64,000 nucleotides of DNA, taken from assembly GCA_030704615.1 (NCBI GenBank), contig CM060731.1, positions 14,570,001 through 14,634,000 of the forward strand. The letters are read 5' to 3'. The DNA is from Takakia lepidozioides (taxonomy: Eukaryota > Plantae > Bryophyta). Position 1 is the stretch's first letter. Every line of letters begins with the position of its first letter. Of the stretch, positions 1 to 12,526 are shown in pieces. Under the pieces are notes generated by a model, which saw only the letters and a list, made by a program, of their open reading frames with translations, was not told the origin of the DNA and did not search any database. The translations under genes and the position numbers were made by a program.

Positions 1-159
1 TTCAGCTTGCCAGGAGTGAGGCCGTGTAATTTGAGTGTCGCGTTGAGGTTGTGGGTTCTAGATAATATTTTTATCTACTTCGCATGCCAAGTACACGCAT
101 ACTGTGTGATCTCTGCAAGAGGTGACAGAGTGAGGAATGATAAAAGTGCTAGAGACTGA

Positions 160-591
160 TTGCTGGAATCCGGACAACCAGAACGCGCAGGAATTACAGA
201 TCGTGGATCAGAGGCTGACATATCAATCAAGCTCCGAGGTTCCTGCAGACTGATGAGGCACAGAGTGAACAAGGCCTGCTCTAAAAGGGACTCCACATCT
301 GTGAGCAACGCGGTCCCAGGCCTGGCCTCGACGACTGTGGCCCTGCCGAGCCTCCCGTCCGGACCCTGTCCCGATCCACGCTGCACCGAACCTGGACTGT
401 GGATGGATGTCAATTCAACGCCGTGCAGGACCCCGACCAGAACGTTTGACTTTCCGTCGGCGCCGTTGAACTCCTCGGTTACTCAGTTCACTGTTGGCCT
501 TAATGGCACCTCAACCCTGGTCAAGCCAACCGCACGGCGTACCACAGTCAACCACGCGGTGTCCTGTGTCCACGACCCTGCGGTCGGTTGA
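160..591 (+). CDS. Possible terminal exon of an unidentified upstream gene (S/T/P-rich ORF)
   Basis: GC-richer 143-codon ORF followed by (TA)n/(TG)n 3'UTR-like sequence; no recognisable domain. Confidence 0.2.
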   Translation: MLESGQPERAGITDRGSEADISIKLRGSCRLMRHRVNKACSKRDSTSVSNAVPGLASTTVALPSLPSGPCPDPRCTEPGLWMDVNSTPCRTPTRTFDFPSAPLNSSVTQFTVGLNGTSTLVKPTARRTTVNHAVSCVHDPAVG

Positions 592-3500
592 ACCGCGGTC
601 GCACTCCCAAACCTCACCGTTTTCATATATATATATAGCATGTATACCTGAGTATAATAAGCCGCACTGCAAGGCTTATTATATATATGTGTGTGTGTGT
701 GAGAGGATTGGTAACCGCAAGGCAAAGTGGCTCTTTAGGTTGATGTGGAGGATCTCGTCTGGAGTTCTCTATCTTTTCTCTATACTTACTTGCCTACGCT
801 ATTCGTCATGACCCTGCCGAACTAATTTTTTTTTTTTCAAGAAGGGGTGCGGCAGGCTTTTTGGATTTTCTGCAGTTCCGGCAGTGATAATGATAAATAA
901 TAAAAAAGCATCCTTGTTGCATATATATGTGGCTAGTGCAATGGGCTGGGCAGGTCTTGGGGTTGAATATCTTTGACATTGGGCCCTGGAAGGGCTTTAA
1001 TTTTAGATTTTCCGGCAGTCTGTTTTTGCAATTATTTATCATCGGACAGCATAGGCAGGTACGGTATAAAATTCAAATGAAAAGGCTCACAATTTGGAGG
1101 GAAACCCTTTCATCTATGAGTGCCCATGTGGCGAGAATAATGAGGTGGCAGGGTTAGAAGAGTTCCTTGTCTTCGGATGCAAGTGATATTTTTTGAGAAC
1201 CATTATCCACGTCCCTGCCTTCGGCAACCAATAGGTACGTGATGTAGGAACTCTTACAATGATGATATTTTCCCTCATGCTAATGAGTTTGTACCAGTAG
1301 TAGCATTGCCAGATATCCACTGGGAATCCTAGAGAGAGAAGCCTCTCGCCGAAGCCGGCGTAACTAAGAGCCACTTGGGAATCCTAGATAATTCCCCCCA
1401 AGTCGTCTAAAATGTTGGCCTGCAAGGCAGGGTCTTGGTCAAAACAGTTTTCAACCATGCTCTGCGTAGCTGCCATAAGTACAAAAACATAGCAGAGTCT
1501 CCCCAAATATACCTGCTCAATTTTGGGAGGAATGACAACCAAAAATGCAATGTCATGAAAACGGCCATACATGAAGATGGCACGTTTTAACTGGTCCACG
1601 CTGGCAAAATCAGGCTCCACTACTGGCAAAATTTGCGAATTTTATCCCCCATATAAATTCCTTTGGACGAGTAGCTGACCAATTTTCCAGGGCGACTTTT
1701 TGAGAGAAGAAAAACTCACTGCTGCTAACCAAAGGCCAAGGAGAGGAAACCACCCCACAAGTCAATGCATAGATTCCATAGTGCCAAAGTCCAATGTTAT
1801 TTCCCTATTAATTTTTCCGGTTTTCCATACGTAGTAGCAGCTATCAATGGCCGGTCGCATATGTTGAATCAGCCACTTAATTACAGGGAAATTATATTAA
1901 CCTCTTTGCAAGTAACCTTGCCGCACAAGTAACCTTGCCGTCCTTTTACATTGCCCCCATTTACCATGGAGAAACAAAAACAGAATGGTTGGTGCCAGGT
2001 GGCTAAATTATATATATATTATTCAATATAAATATCTATGCAGAGCCTTACTTTGTCCTGATCAATTAGAACCATGGCCCCCACAGGGATGGTACTACTT
2101 TGCAGGAGCGGTTGGTGCAAATCCTTTGTATGAGGACGGACGCAAATCAAATAATGTAACGTAACATGCTTCGGTTCCGAATGACTTCGGTTGGTGCCAA
2201 CATTCTGGAGGGAATTTAAATGACTATTGACAACAATTGAATATGAGTGAGACACCGAGAATAGAAACAGAGATAATGAAACTTCATTCATCCGTACACT
2301 GGAGTGGCAGTGCCGTCTTCGTGACGTTAAGAAAAAGTGCAGACCATGCCCACCTTAAATTTCCGCTCGAAATTGTTTTATATCTGCCCGCTGCGATCTG
2401 AGGCAGCGCAGCCGGTCGATTAACTTGAATCGGTTGATCCCGAGAGGATGGGCAGAGAGCAGGTCTGATGTCAGAAGCGAAGGCGTGTGTGGAGAGATGA
2501 GGCTCCCGAGTTGTGGGGCCGTTTTCCCAAATTGGGGTCCCTGATCCGACTGCGCTCTGTGTGTTTGCAGGAGAACAGCTGGGCCCTTTCCAGTTGCAAG
2601 AGGGAGAAGGAAGAGAAGGGAAGGGAAGGGACGATGAGAAGGGAAATCGAGCTAGTATGCTACATAAGTAGACTACGTACTACAACAACCTAGTAGGTAC
2701 TGTGGGATGTGCATCGACGATGCAGTGCATTATTGTGGACTGTTTTCAGGGGCAGCAGAGTGTCAGAGAGAATAATGTGGCAGTGTGTCCGCACCACTGC
2801 AAGTTTATTCTGCTGTGTCATGGAGTGCAGCTTGGCGGCCACATTTAGTGGTCCTCAACTATTCTAATCATATTCCTGCTTTTTAATCAGACTCGGGAGT
2901 GTACTGCAGCCATCATGCTGAACATTTCCGTCTGCCTGGCTATGAGTTTCAATTCATTGATGAGACAAAGTCAACCGATCTCCCCCAAAGCCGTTTTCCT
3001 ATATTAAGTGACCTACTATCAGTAAAAAATAATTGGACATCGAACAATGGGGTTTGGAAAAGTCACACTCTTTGAAAGATGGGATGGGATGAGAGAACTC
3101 CAAAGGTGACAGACTCGAGTTAGGGCATACACCTACACCTAACACTAGCCGTCGGTATGCTACTGCAAGCTTTGATTGGATGGACAAATACAGGAGCTGA
3201 TCCGACCATGCCCCACAAGGTAAGCAGAGTATTTAAGGACTTTCTACAAAGGGCACTGCCCAAAACATAAGAGATCAGGTACTATTTCCAACACACATGC
3301 TTCAGGGGAGTGGTAGGCCCAAGCATTCGAGTGGAATGCAACTGGCAGAGCTGCAGACGGCAACATGCTCTCGGTTTCCTTTTGCAGCCAAATGACAATT
3401 AGATGGTCTTTCATACCTAGGCATGAAGTCTATCCATAGGGTTCATCTGGTAGATGATGACAACAGTTATTGATCACGTTGCCCACAGAGAGACCATGGA

Positions 3501-4875
3501 TGTTGTGGCAGAGAGACAGGAAGCTTGGCCCCCAATCGACAAGTTGGTGAGGCTAAGTTAGTCCAGTTGAGCATGCAAGGAGCCAGAAAGTGCAGTCCAT
3601 TATATGCTGTTTCTGAACTATTGAGTGCTGTGAACGCACTCAGGTGGCTCACGGTATTCTGGGAATTCCAACTTTGCAGGCTCCAGATTATCCAGAACCC
3701 AAATTTCCCCAACCACCAACTTCATCAACAATCTAATGGTGGAGATCAAGCATATGACAACAGATTGATATAATATCACATCTGCTGGGATACAACAAGG
3801 TTGCTGTAATCGATCAAGATCAAAAGAACCAGTACAAGAATGGCTATGATAAGCTTTGAGTAAAGCAGGGACTCACGGGCTAGAGGAACAAATGGAAAGA
3901 TAGACTGACATTGGGCTCTCATATGGGCTCTTCTCTCTCTGCTGCAGCCTCTGGGCTAGCTGTCTTGGTTACGAGGTTTTCTGTGGCTCTTTCCCACTTT
4001 CGCCTTAGGCAAGCTTACTTTTTCCTTGACTTCTTTTAGAATGATCTAAAGGGCATCAATCACTGGAACTTATTTTTTGAAGATAGGCTACCACAATTTA
4101 GCCAACAGGAACATGTTTATTAAACTGAGGATGTTTGTCATCAGGCCAAATGCATCTTCAAGATTTCTGACAAGGCAGTTTACAACAAGATGGATAGAGA
4201 TGAAATGAAATATGACATTGAGTGGATTTATGGGGTCTCCTACTACAGAAACAAAGGTGGTTCATTCAATAACAGCTTTCACACATAGAACTGCTTTCAC
4301 AGTATTTTACAACTGGGTGGAGACCAGACCTAGCAATAGTATCCTAAGGATACTTCACATGGATCAAACAACGATTTCCTGCTTCTCCAACTTGCTACAA
4401 GTAACTATAGGTGAAGCCGTCAACATCAACAAAAGAAAGATATACCCAAATTATTATAACTTCATGACTTCATGACTTCCATCAATAAATGGCTAGAAAA
4501 ACATTGGTGAACTAGTTTACAAGAGAGGCACTGATGTGCACTCATTGACACTTCCCTACCAGCATTGGCCATCATACCTGTCATCCACAGAGTAGTGTGC
4601 GGTATGGGACTCAGCCTGAAATTGTCATGGCACCTCCATGAAACCAACAACAGGTTGGTTGATTTATGCAAATTTCTGTAGAGCCCGTTGCAATGGACCG
4701 CCTTTCAAATCATACGGAAGGAAGGCTGCTAAGTCAAGCACTACTACAGAAAGAGGTGTCAGGCAGCCGTGGGTGGGGGAAAGCTCCTAGTGGTACAACT
4801 GTGGCTGGCAGATGGGCAACAACCTCGTGAGCCCGAAGCCCAAATTCCCTGGAGGCAAAGAAGATGTTGGTGTTG

Positions 4876-7800
4876 TTACGGAGTGGTTGACCCTGCTGCA
4901 TCACTCTTCACTAACTGCAGGCAATAGAAACAATGCACATTACCAAAACAAACACAGACAAGTCCTACAATATTGCAAAGCAGTTAGTATAGATTTGTAG
5001 ACAAGATACTCACAGCAGTTGATTGGGACATGTCCAGCATCTCCAGCTTTCATGACCTTAGTATTAGCTCATTACTATTAGCTTAAATGATTAAAAAACC
5101 AACAGCTTGTAATGGAATTCAATTAACAAGGACATTGTACCAAAGAAACATCAGTGTGAGAAAAAACATGCTGTACTTCAGGGTTGATGCACAGTACCCA
5201 ACCTTCCACTAGCTTCAGTGAGGTAAAAGATAGCGCAGAGGAAGTAAAGAGCTAGCAAGCCAGGCTACATTTTTTTAAGTCCATTTTCCTAGGTCACAGA
5301 ACTGATTTATCCTGGATCTTCACTGCTATGCACCACGCATGTAATAATAGTATGGTGTATTTGTGGGAGTTACAGGGGACCATTACTCAGACAGAAGCAA
5401 ACCTTCATTGCTTGGCTTCCCTTACAGAAGCCGTATAGTACCCATCACCAGAACAACTGCTGGTTGTGAGCCAGCTGTAGGCTTTCCTCTCAAGTAAGGA
5501 AGGACAGTTTCTCCTACAGGTACCCACTTCTTTCCATGCCCAGATCATATTCACTATCTCGTCTTCTCTTTTCTCTAGCTGGTAAGGTGTATGCCCTCAA
5601 GATGGCTTCTGCGAAGCGTGGTACATGGAGTTGGGTTCTTGGTCCGTGATTTCCTGTGTGATGATTGTGAAATCATCAACAAGGAACCTCAGTACAAACA
5701 TAGTATTTGGCTGAGACTGATACTAAACGGCAGCATGAGGGCTAAGGACCTTTGTTGGATGTGTCTACATGTTTGCAGAGGGAGCCCTCAGTGTTGACGC
5801 TGATAAAGCCTTCGAGGTGGTGAATGCTAAGTTCCTTGCCAAAGGCCACGGGGTTTGATGCCCGGGTGGTCAAGGGTCTACAACAGGACGACCTCATTTG
5901 GGCTTTTTGGTGAGGATGAGCATAAATTCAACAGCAAGCGGCTTACCAATAGCCTGGAAGAGCTTCAGCGTTGACCTCTTTCCTCAGTGTGTCAAAGTCT
6001 TGGTTGACAGAACCAATATGGTACTTCTGGCCACTTTCTTGTCAGGACTGAGATCTAAAGATGTATACTTGACACTGCCAGATCTGTGAAATGTTCAATT
6101 TACAAGGTATAGAAAAATTCCAGAGGAAAGAGGTCAAGATAGAATGTCTAGGCCTTGAAAGAGGCTCTCCCACCCTTTATCAAACCGCTTTAAGATCTCT
6201 CCTCTTGCTTGGGTGATGCAAGAAGTGAGGTTGAAAGAGCTGTGGACTGTTGGGAGAGTTCCGTCACTTTTGTGGCTGATAAGATCATTAGAAGGAAACT
6301 GATTGTATACGGAAGAGCAGGGAGATGGTGGAGATTTTGGAGGGATGAGCACCTTATAAGGACGGCTGTAATATCAAAGATGACAGAGCTGTGGTCTAGA
6401 TATTACCAGCTGTGAAAAGCTGTAAATCAGCTAGTAAAGACTCTAGAAGAAAATATACTGGGAAGAGTTGACTGTGACATAAACTTGAACCACCTCGGTG
6501 ATAATGATAAAAAATTATGGTTGACCTTAAATCATTTGTCCAGGCCAAAAAATGGTCAGCAAGTACACACTTTAAGGAATAACATGGTTGAATTGGGAAA
6601 ACTTTTGAAACGCACTACAGCCTTCTTGGCCGTGAAGTAGTGAGGGAGGTTTCTAAAGAATGGAAGGATACAGTAGAAAGAACTGATCCCGATCCAAGCC
6701 ATCCCTGATGAACTGGAGTGTATCACGGAGGGATACAATATGCCCATTAGTTCTTCCGAGACTGCTGAAGCAATAGGCCATCTAAAGGGCTATAAAGCCG
6801 GTGGGTGTAATGGTATTGTCAACAAGCTATTTAATCATGGTGGCAATCCTATCGTAGAGGCCCTTGCCCTGGTTCAAGGTGAAGGGGGCTTCCCTTTAGC
6901 GGATTTTGCAGGTCCTGTGAGCTACTGTGAGTTTATTTCCATGCAAACAGGGGAAAGCAACGGATGGGTAGCTTACCTTAGAGATAAAGGCCTGCAGCTG
7001 GTCCTTAAACCTTTCATCCAAGGCTCGCTCTGCTACATCAAACACGAAGGTGTCGCCCTCATTGCCAGATACCTTCTCCCTCTGAATGTAGCTGCACATT
7101 GACAGGTGGATGAGCCCTTGTTGTTTGCAAGAAAATGTATGGTTTGGATGCTGAAGGGGATTTGTCCACATCCAGGTGAATCAAAGCAGTGCATCACTCA
7201 AGGATCTTGACAGTAATCACTTCCACTTACAAGCCCAGTTTGTAGACATTCCATTCTGACACTAGGCATGGAAAACGATGGACAACAGTTTGGGCTGGAA
7301 CCTTTAGTTTCCCAACATTCCACATCGAAACACATGTTCCCTCACCAATGTAGAACTCATCTTTCGCTATAGTCTAGCTGTAAGCATGTAGTTCCAGTAG
7401 GATGCTACACATACTGCGAGCGGGATCAACAGAATTGAGGGCATGTCTGATATATCTCTAGATCCATTCTGTCTACTAGGGGCTGTAATTAGCTCTCAAG
7501 AGGTAAAGAAAGGAAGAGATGTACATGCCACCCCTTCAGTGAGCATGCAATTCTGAATACTTGGGTGTCATCAGCTGCGTGCTTTTACTGGGGCAAGCTT
7601 GGCCCTACCTCATACCTTGCTGGACCAAAACCTAATAACTCCTGGACGGTGGCGATTACTTAGTCTTGAAAGTTCTCAAAGGCAGACAATCACACTAGAA
7701 GCTGTTGTGTCTGTTGGAAGGCATTTACAGCTTTATGTCCGAGTATAAAACGGCCCATGTAATCAAATCCATACCGTTGCTTGACAAGGGTCTCCATAGC

Positions 7801-9468
7801 CTGTTTGATGTTGCCAAACACTGGATGCTCATCCGCCTCATGAATGTCAAGCCTCTTTAGCTGCTGCCATAGTGTGTCTGCTTGCCCCAAAACCCCCTAC
7901 ATGTCACTTACCACCAATCCATCTGTTACAGTGTGTGCTTTCCTTGTCCATGCACTCCTGGAAGCCACTTAATAGCCCATAATTCACCTCTCATGTCCAC
8001 ACTATTGTTCTATGCTAGTGATAGATATGTGGGCTTCATCTTTCACTACCCCTCCCAGCCCGTATTGCAGAGGGTTATATTGCAGATCAACATTACTTCA
8101 TCATTACAATTGGGTAAATCTGGTAGTGCTGGCACACCTTCTGCAACTTTGTCTCCTATAAGCTGAAGGATGCCAACCACAACTAGTGCGAAGCCGGAGA
8201 ATACTACAGTTTCTGTCGTTTCAATGAACTTCTTCCTCAGTTTCTCTGAAACAAGACTCTTTAGCACGTAAACCTTGACTTCGGTTGTTGTTCCTGTCAG
8301 GCCCCCACCCCAGTAAGAAACAAATCATAACCTCAATGCCAACCACTCAATTACAGCTGTGGAAGGATTTCTGGACTCAAAGCTGAGTGCACAATTTTGA
8401 GTGCTTAAGCCTTCTGCCAACTGTAACTGGGTTTTTGTTCATCCTTTCAGTGTACCCTTATGCAAAACTACAGCTTCAGTGTCGTATTTTTATGGTTGAT
8501 GAGTTTCCCCTCAGAAGACACACCATAATAGTTCACCCAGTTCAGAACTAAGCAGTTAACTTGAGGCTGGTACAGCATGTAGAACATTTCCTAGTGATCA
8601 CATAAATTCCAATCCAGCTGCCAAACCCTATATAAGTTGAACAACTGCATTGCTGCAAGAAGCGAGGTACCTTGGGCTGCACACCGGCCCTGGGAAGACT
8701 TGGGTTGGCGTGTACGTTGGATCTCAACCATCTCGAAACCAAAAATGGCTTTCAGCTGGGCCTGCACTCAACCATCGCACAAATATGGTTTTGGGAGTTG
8801 ACCAACACAATAGAACCAGCTTACTTTTTCAGGTTGAACAAACTTGGACTAAAGCCAAAGAAAATGGATCAGGAACCTCCTATCGTAGGGGTGCAGCACA
8901 TCTCCTTTCACTCCTACATCGGTGCAGCACGCGCATGTAATGCGAGCTCACCTGGGCCTTGGAAATCACAAGGCCTGGCAAATTGCGCTGGCGATAGGTG
9001 TCAGTAATGAGCTGCGTAAGCTCCTCGCGCTTCACGGGCACATTCGGTTGCTTGTGCGCCTTAAAGATCATGTACCTCATCACATCCGCTGTTAGCTTGT
9101 CCATCTCCTGTGTACAATCACAAAAAATCCACCCCACATCATCAGAAAACTACAGTGGTGTATTTGTGAACATATCACTGTACAAACTATCCAGGACCCA
9201 ACAGGGTCTCCGAGTCGACACAAATTTCCAAAAAGGTGCAAGGTAACCGGTGACAGTTACCAACAATTAAGCATTGATTACTGGCTGCCTTTCCAACATG
9301 ATGGTCAAACACAGCATCTCTCATCTGGTTCTCCTTGGACTAAAGTTGGAGCACTATTCAAATGGTAACGACGAAGACGCAGGAAAGGAAGACGACCTCC
9401 GTAGACAGCGTGATTCCACCATTATCCGTGTCATGTTCTCGCCCTCGTCCTTCTGTTCCTCTCCCCAT
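4876..9468 (-). CDS. NSE3: NSE3 / MAGE-G1-like subunit of the SMC5/6 complex, 7 exons
   Basis: GT-AG exons in phase: 9468-9397, 9107-8952, 8761-8671, 8293-8138, 7877-7775, 7091-6977 and a probable last exon 4914-4876. Translation includes EMDKLTADVMRYMIFK..PVKREELTQLIT..YRQRNL, IFGFEMVEIQR, LWQQLKRLDIHEADEHPVFGNIKQ, YIQREKVSGNEGDTFVFDVAERALD, matching plant NSE3. First and last exons are less certain. Confidence 0.88.
5600..6870 (+). mobile_element. Old degenerate LINE family 1 (RTE-X-like) fragment: APE endonuclease plus linker, inside an NSE3 intron
   Basis: Frameshifted GVGFLVRDFL..SIWLRL..FVGCVYM..FDARV..GLFGED (APE-like), then KLIVYGRAGRWW, ELWSRYYQL and PISSSETAEAIGHLKGYKAGG, which align with the 19363-19983 part of the younger copy. 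Confidence 0.8.
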
Positions 9469-9700
9469 CCCAAGCCACTCACACCTCCTACACAATCTCC
9501 AGATGTGCTCGTGATCTCTGGAAAGCAAATCGGAAACAGAATTCTCCGCGAACAACTATAATCAAAGAGCGATCTTAATCAGTGATCTTAACCACCGTAA
9601 AGCAAACGACATTGACAAATCCCAGAGAGAAGAAAGAGAGGGGGAAATTGAGAATGACAACGAGAAGCAAGAATTCCGAAGAAAGGGAATTGTTTGAATG

Positions 9701-9740
9701 CAAACCCTAGCGCGGCAAAAAGGGCGCCACCATGACGTGG
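9701..9740. promoter_or_regulatory. Motifs in the NSE3/PFD3 divergent promoter: telo-box, E2F-like site, ACGT core
   Basis: AAACCCTA at 9702-9709; TTTGCCGC on the - strand at 9712-9719 fits TTTSSCGS; TGACGTGG at 9733-9740; the two ATGs are about 420 bp apart. Confidence 0.45.
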
Positions 9741-9890
9741 TGGCGAAGGAGACAAGGCTGGGAACCAAAAAGAACATAAAGAACAGTGACACTTCCCGTG
9801 CCCGCAGTGATGTTTTATAACAGACAGTTCCCAGTGAGAGTTGGAGTAGAGAGACGAGAGAGAGAGAGGGGGACGGGGGGGGCCACAGCG

Positions 9891-10442
9891 ATGGCGTCGT
9901 CGTCAGAGCAGCGAGGCATACCTGCAGCGCCATTTGTGCAGGATGTGCAGTCCTTCTTGATGCAGTACAAATCGGACGCATCCATCGCGCTGTCGGCCCA
10001 GCAAGAGAAGCTGCAGCAGTACAAATTGGCAGAGATGAAGTTGCTAGCGCAGAAAAGGGATCTTCAAGCCAAGGTGCCTGACATGAAGAAGTGCTTGCAG
10101 ATCGTAGGGGCGTTGATCGCGAAGCAGGGTACTGGCGAGTCCATGAAGTTGGACTTTGAGGTGGCGGAGGGTATTTACTCGCAGGCACAGTTTGAGGAGG
10201 CCAATTCTGTGTGCCTGTGGCTTGGGGCAAATGTGATGCTGGAGTACTCGTGTGATGAGGCGAGGGATCTGTTGACGAAGAATCTTGAGACTGCAAGCAC
10301 GAATTTGCAAGCCATTGCTGACGATTTGCATTTCTTGCGCGACCAGATCACCATCACCGAGGTCACCATTGCGCGTGTGTACAACTGGGATGTGCATCAA
10401 CGTCGGAAACAGAAGTTAATGAAGAATGATGATTCAGCTTAG
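9891..10442 (+). CDS. PFD3: Prefoldin subunit 3 (VBP1), single exon
   Basis: [94 protein letters not shown]; uninterrupted ORF from ATG 9891. Confidence 0.95.
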   Translation: MASSSEQRGIPAAPFVQDVQSFLMQYKSDASIALSAQQEKLQQYKLAEMKLLAQKRDLQAKVPDMKKCLQIVGALIAKQGTGESMKLDFEVAEGIYSQAQFEEANSVCLWLGANVMLEYSCDEARDLLTKNLETASTNLQAIADDLHFLRDQITITEVTIARVYNWDVHQRRKQKLMKNDDSA

Positions 10443-11542
10443 CTATCTTCGCCCTCTCTTTTCGTGATTCACTTTCTTTTCAGACGCCCCCTGAGATTGG
10501 AAGGGGGATTCATGCGGAATGTAACCATAGAGGTCATCACTAGACGACAGAGATTCTAAATTTGTAATTCTTCACACGCCCAAGTCCCATCCTGTGAGGA
10601 TGCTCCGGTTTTGTTTTAGATTGTAAATTGTTGGCGAGAAGGTGTTGGACAGTATCATGCACAAAGTTCAATATGGCCTGGCGGTGGGGATTGAAAAGGT
10701 TCCATGTCTAAACCCTGACCCCTAACCTTGCCTTTAGCTTCTACACCATTCACTTGTTTATTATCTCAGAGTAAATTTCAGACACTGATGAAAAGTTTAC
10801 ATTATTTCCTGTGTGGATGGCAGTATTATTCAAGGTAGTCCCTTGTTTAACTCAGTTGCTGTACAGCGTTGTATTTTTCATCAGGGGCCAACCATCCCAG
10901 GGGTATTAGAAGAAACTCCGCTCTTTGTTATCCTTATGTAGCTGACTACCACAAAGCACAAGTGACACGGCAGGGAGAGGATTGAAGGTACTATTGCCTC
11001 CAATCGGATGGGCACCCTTGCAGTGAGCAGATTTAGTCACCACTGACGTTGCCATACAAAGTCTTCCAATTTGAGAGCTCTCAGCTCCAGATAAGGTTGT
11101 AGACAACATAATTGTACCCATGAAAATTGGTAATCTTGCTTTTAGTACTTTTCCATAAGAACCTTAATGCCATATCTGTTAGCATTTGCATAGCTGTCCA
11201 TTGACCGTTTTCTTTCAACCTTGAGATGGGCAAGCAGTAGCTTCCAAAGGGGTGGGAATTTGGTCCAAAGCCTTGCCCTTTCTTGGTCCAACTGATCCAT
11301 ATTGTTAAGGGTTTTAATGCCGTGAATGCTCCGGTGATCCTCTGTGGTTGGCTTATACTGCAGAAAGCGGCAGATTTGCATTTGAAATTGGTCACCTCAG
11401 CAGAGTAGCCCCTCTCCTTCCAATGAAACTGTTTCTTTGACGAGGGGGTAAGGGGTCAAATGCTGAAGTACAAGTCACCATAGGGATCAGACACCATTCC
11501 AGTCCCTTTCTTTCCTTCTGTCTTGCCTCTGCATATCCAACG

Positions 11543-11663
11543 TCCTTACTACCAACGTCAGCCCCTGACAGAGGTAGGTTCTGTCCCTTTTGTTGTTCCC
11601 GCTCAAACTGGGCGCGGGGTTAATGGCCACAAGGCTTCGGCAAACAACATCTTATGAGTACAA
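11543..11663 (+). mobile_element. 5'-truncated LINE family 1 3' end with a long target-site duplication
   Basis: Near-identical to 63813-63929; flanked by direct repeats 11509-11539 and 11664-11698. Confidence 0.9.
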
Positions 11664-12526
11664 TCTTTCCTTCTTTGTGTCTTGCCTCTGCATATCCAGG
11701 GTGATCTACCCGTCACAATGTTCTTCTCAGCATCTGTTGGATTCTCACCATTCCAATGGGAAAATTAATGGGCTCATTTGTTTTCATGCCATGGAGGTTT
11801 TACCACATGAGGCACTATACATCCTGTTTTTGGTGCACACCAACTCCCCCTCTTGTTAAACAGCTAGCAACCCTAGTTGAACTAAGCTGACTATGTTACA
11901 ATGTTACAGCCCACTTGGTTTTTGTCTTGGATATCTATAAATATTGAAACACATGACAAGAAATTTGAGTCCAGAGACCTGTTGCAAGCTTGGAAGTACA
12001 TGGCTGAGTTCTTGGGTCATGCATTACTTTGTCCTTTCTTTGGATGGAGGTATCTAATTGTCAAGTTATGAGGTGGCAGTGCTCACTAGGGTTACAGCTG
12101 GAGAGAGGAAAAGACAAGAAAGAAAGAGGGGTTTTAATATCTAGCAGATCTTAGATTGTACACGAGATATTTGCCCTTGTGAATTTTAGAGAGGGAGAGT
12201 TGAAGAGGTGTGGATTGGAGGCGGTTAAGACATGAACATAACTAGCTGGCTACAGCTTGTTGCTCTTCTCAAATGCGCACATGAAAGCCAATCATGCATT
12301 GTCCCTGAGAAACACATCTCACTTCTTAGGAAACAATTTAGACATAGGTGAGTGCTACTGAATGACAACGATTTACCTTGTCTCACTATGAGACAATGAA
12401 CTATATTAGCACCCTCTCCTGTACACTCTTTGTTATGATACCAGCGGCAATTGTTGAGGCTCAAATATTGGGAAGGAAGTAACATACAAAAGGAACTGTT
12501 CAACTCAAATCCTCAATATCCAACCC

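Noticed and set aside
1114-1629. Interrupted ~170-codon minus-strand frame
   Set aside because: Internal stop and no recognisable family
3956-4045. Alternative last exon of NSE3 (IILKEVKEK..)
   Set aside because: In phase, but 4914-4876 is closer, has a better acceptor and better resembles the expected C-terminus; cannot be excluded without RNA data
9562-10296. 244-aa minus-strand ORF
   Set aside because: Antisense shadow of PFD3 with no recognisable domain
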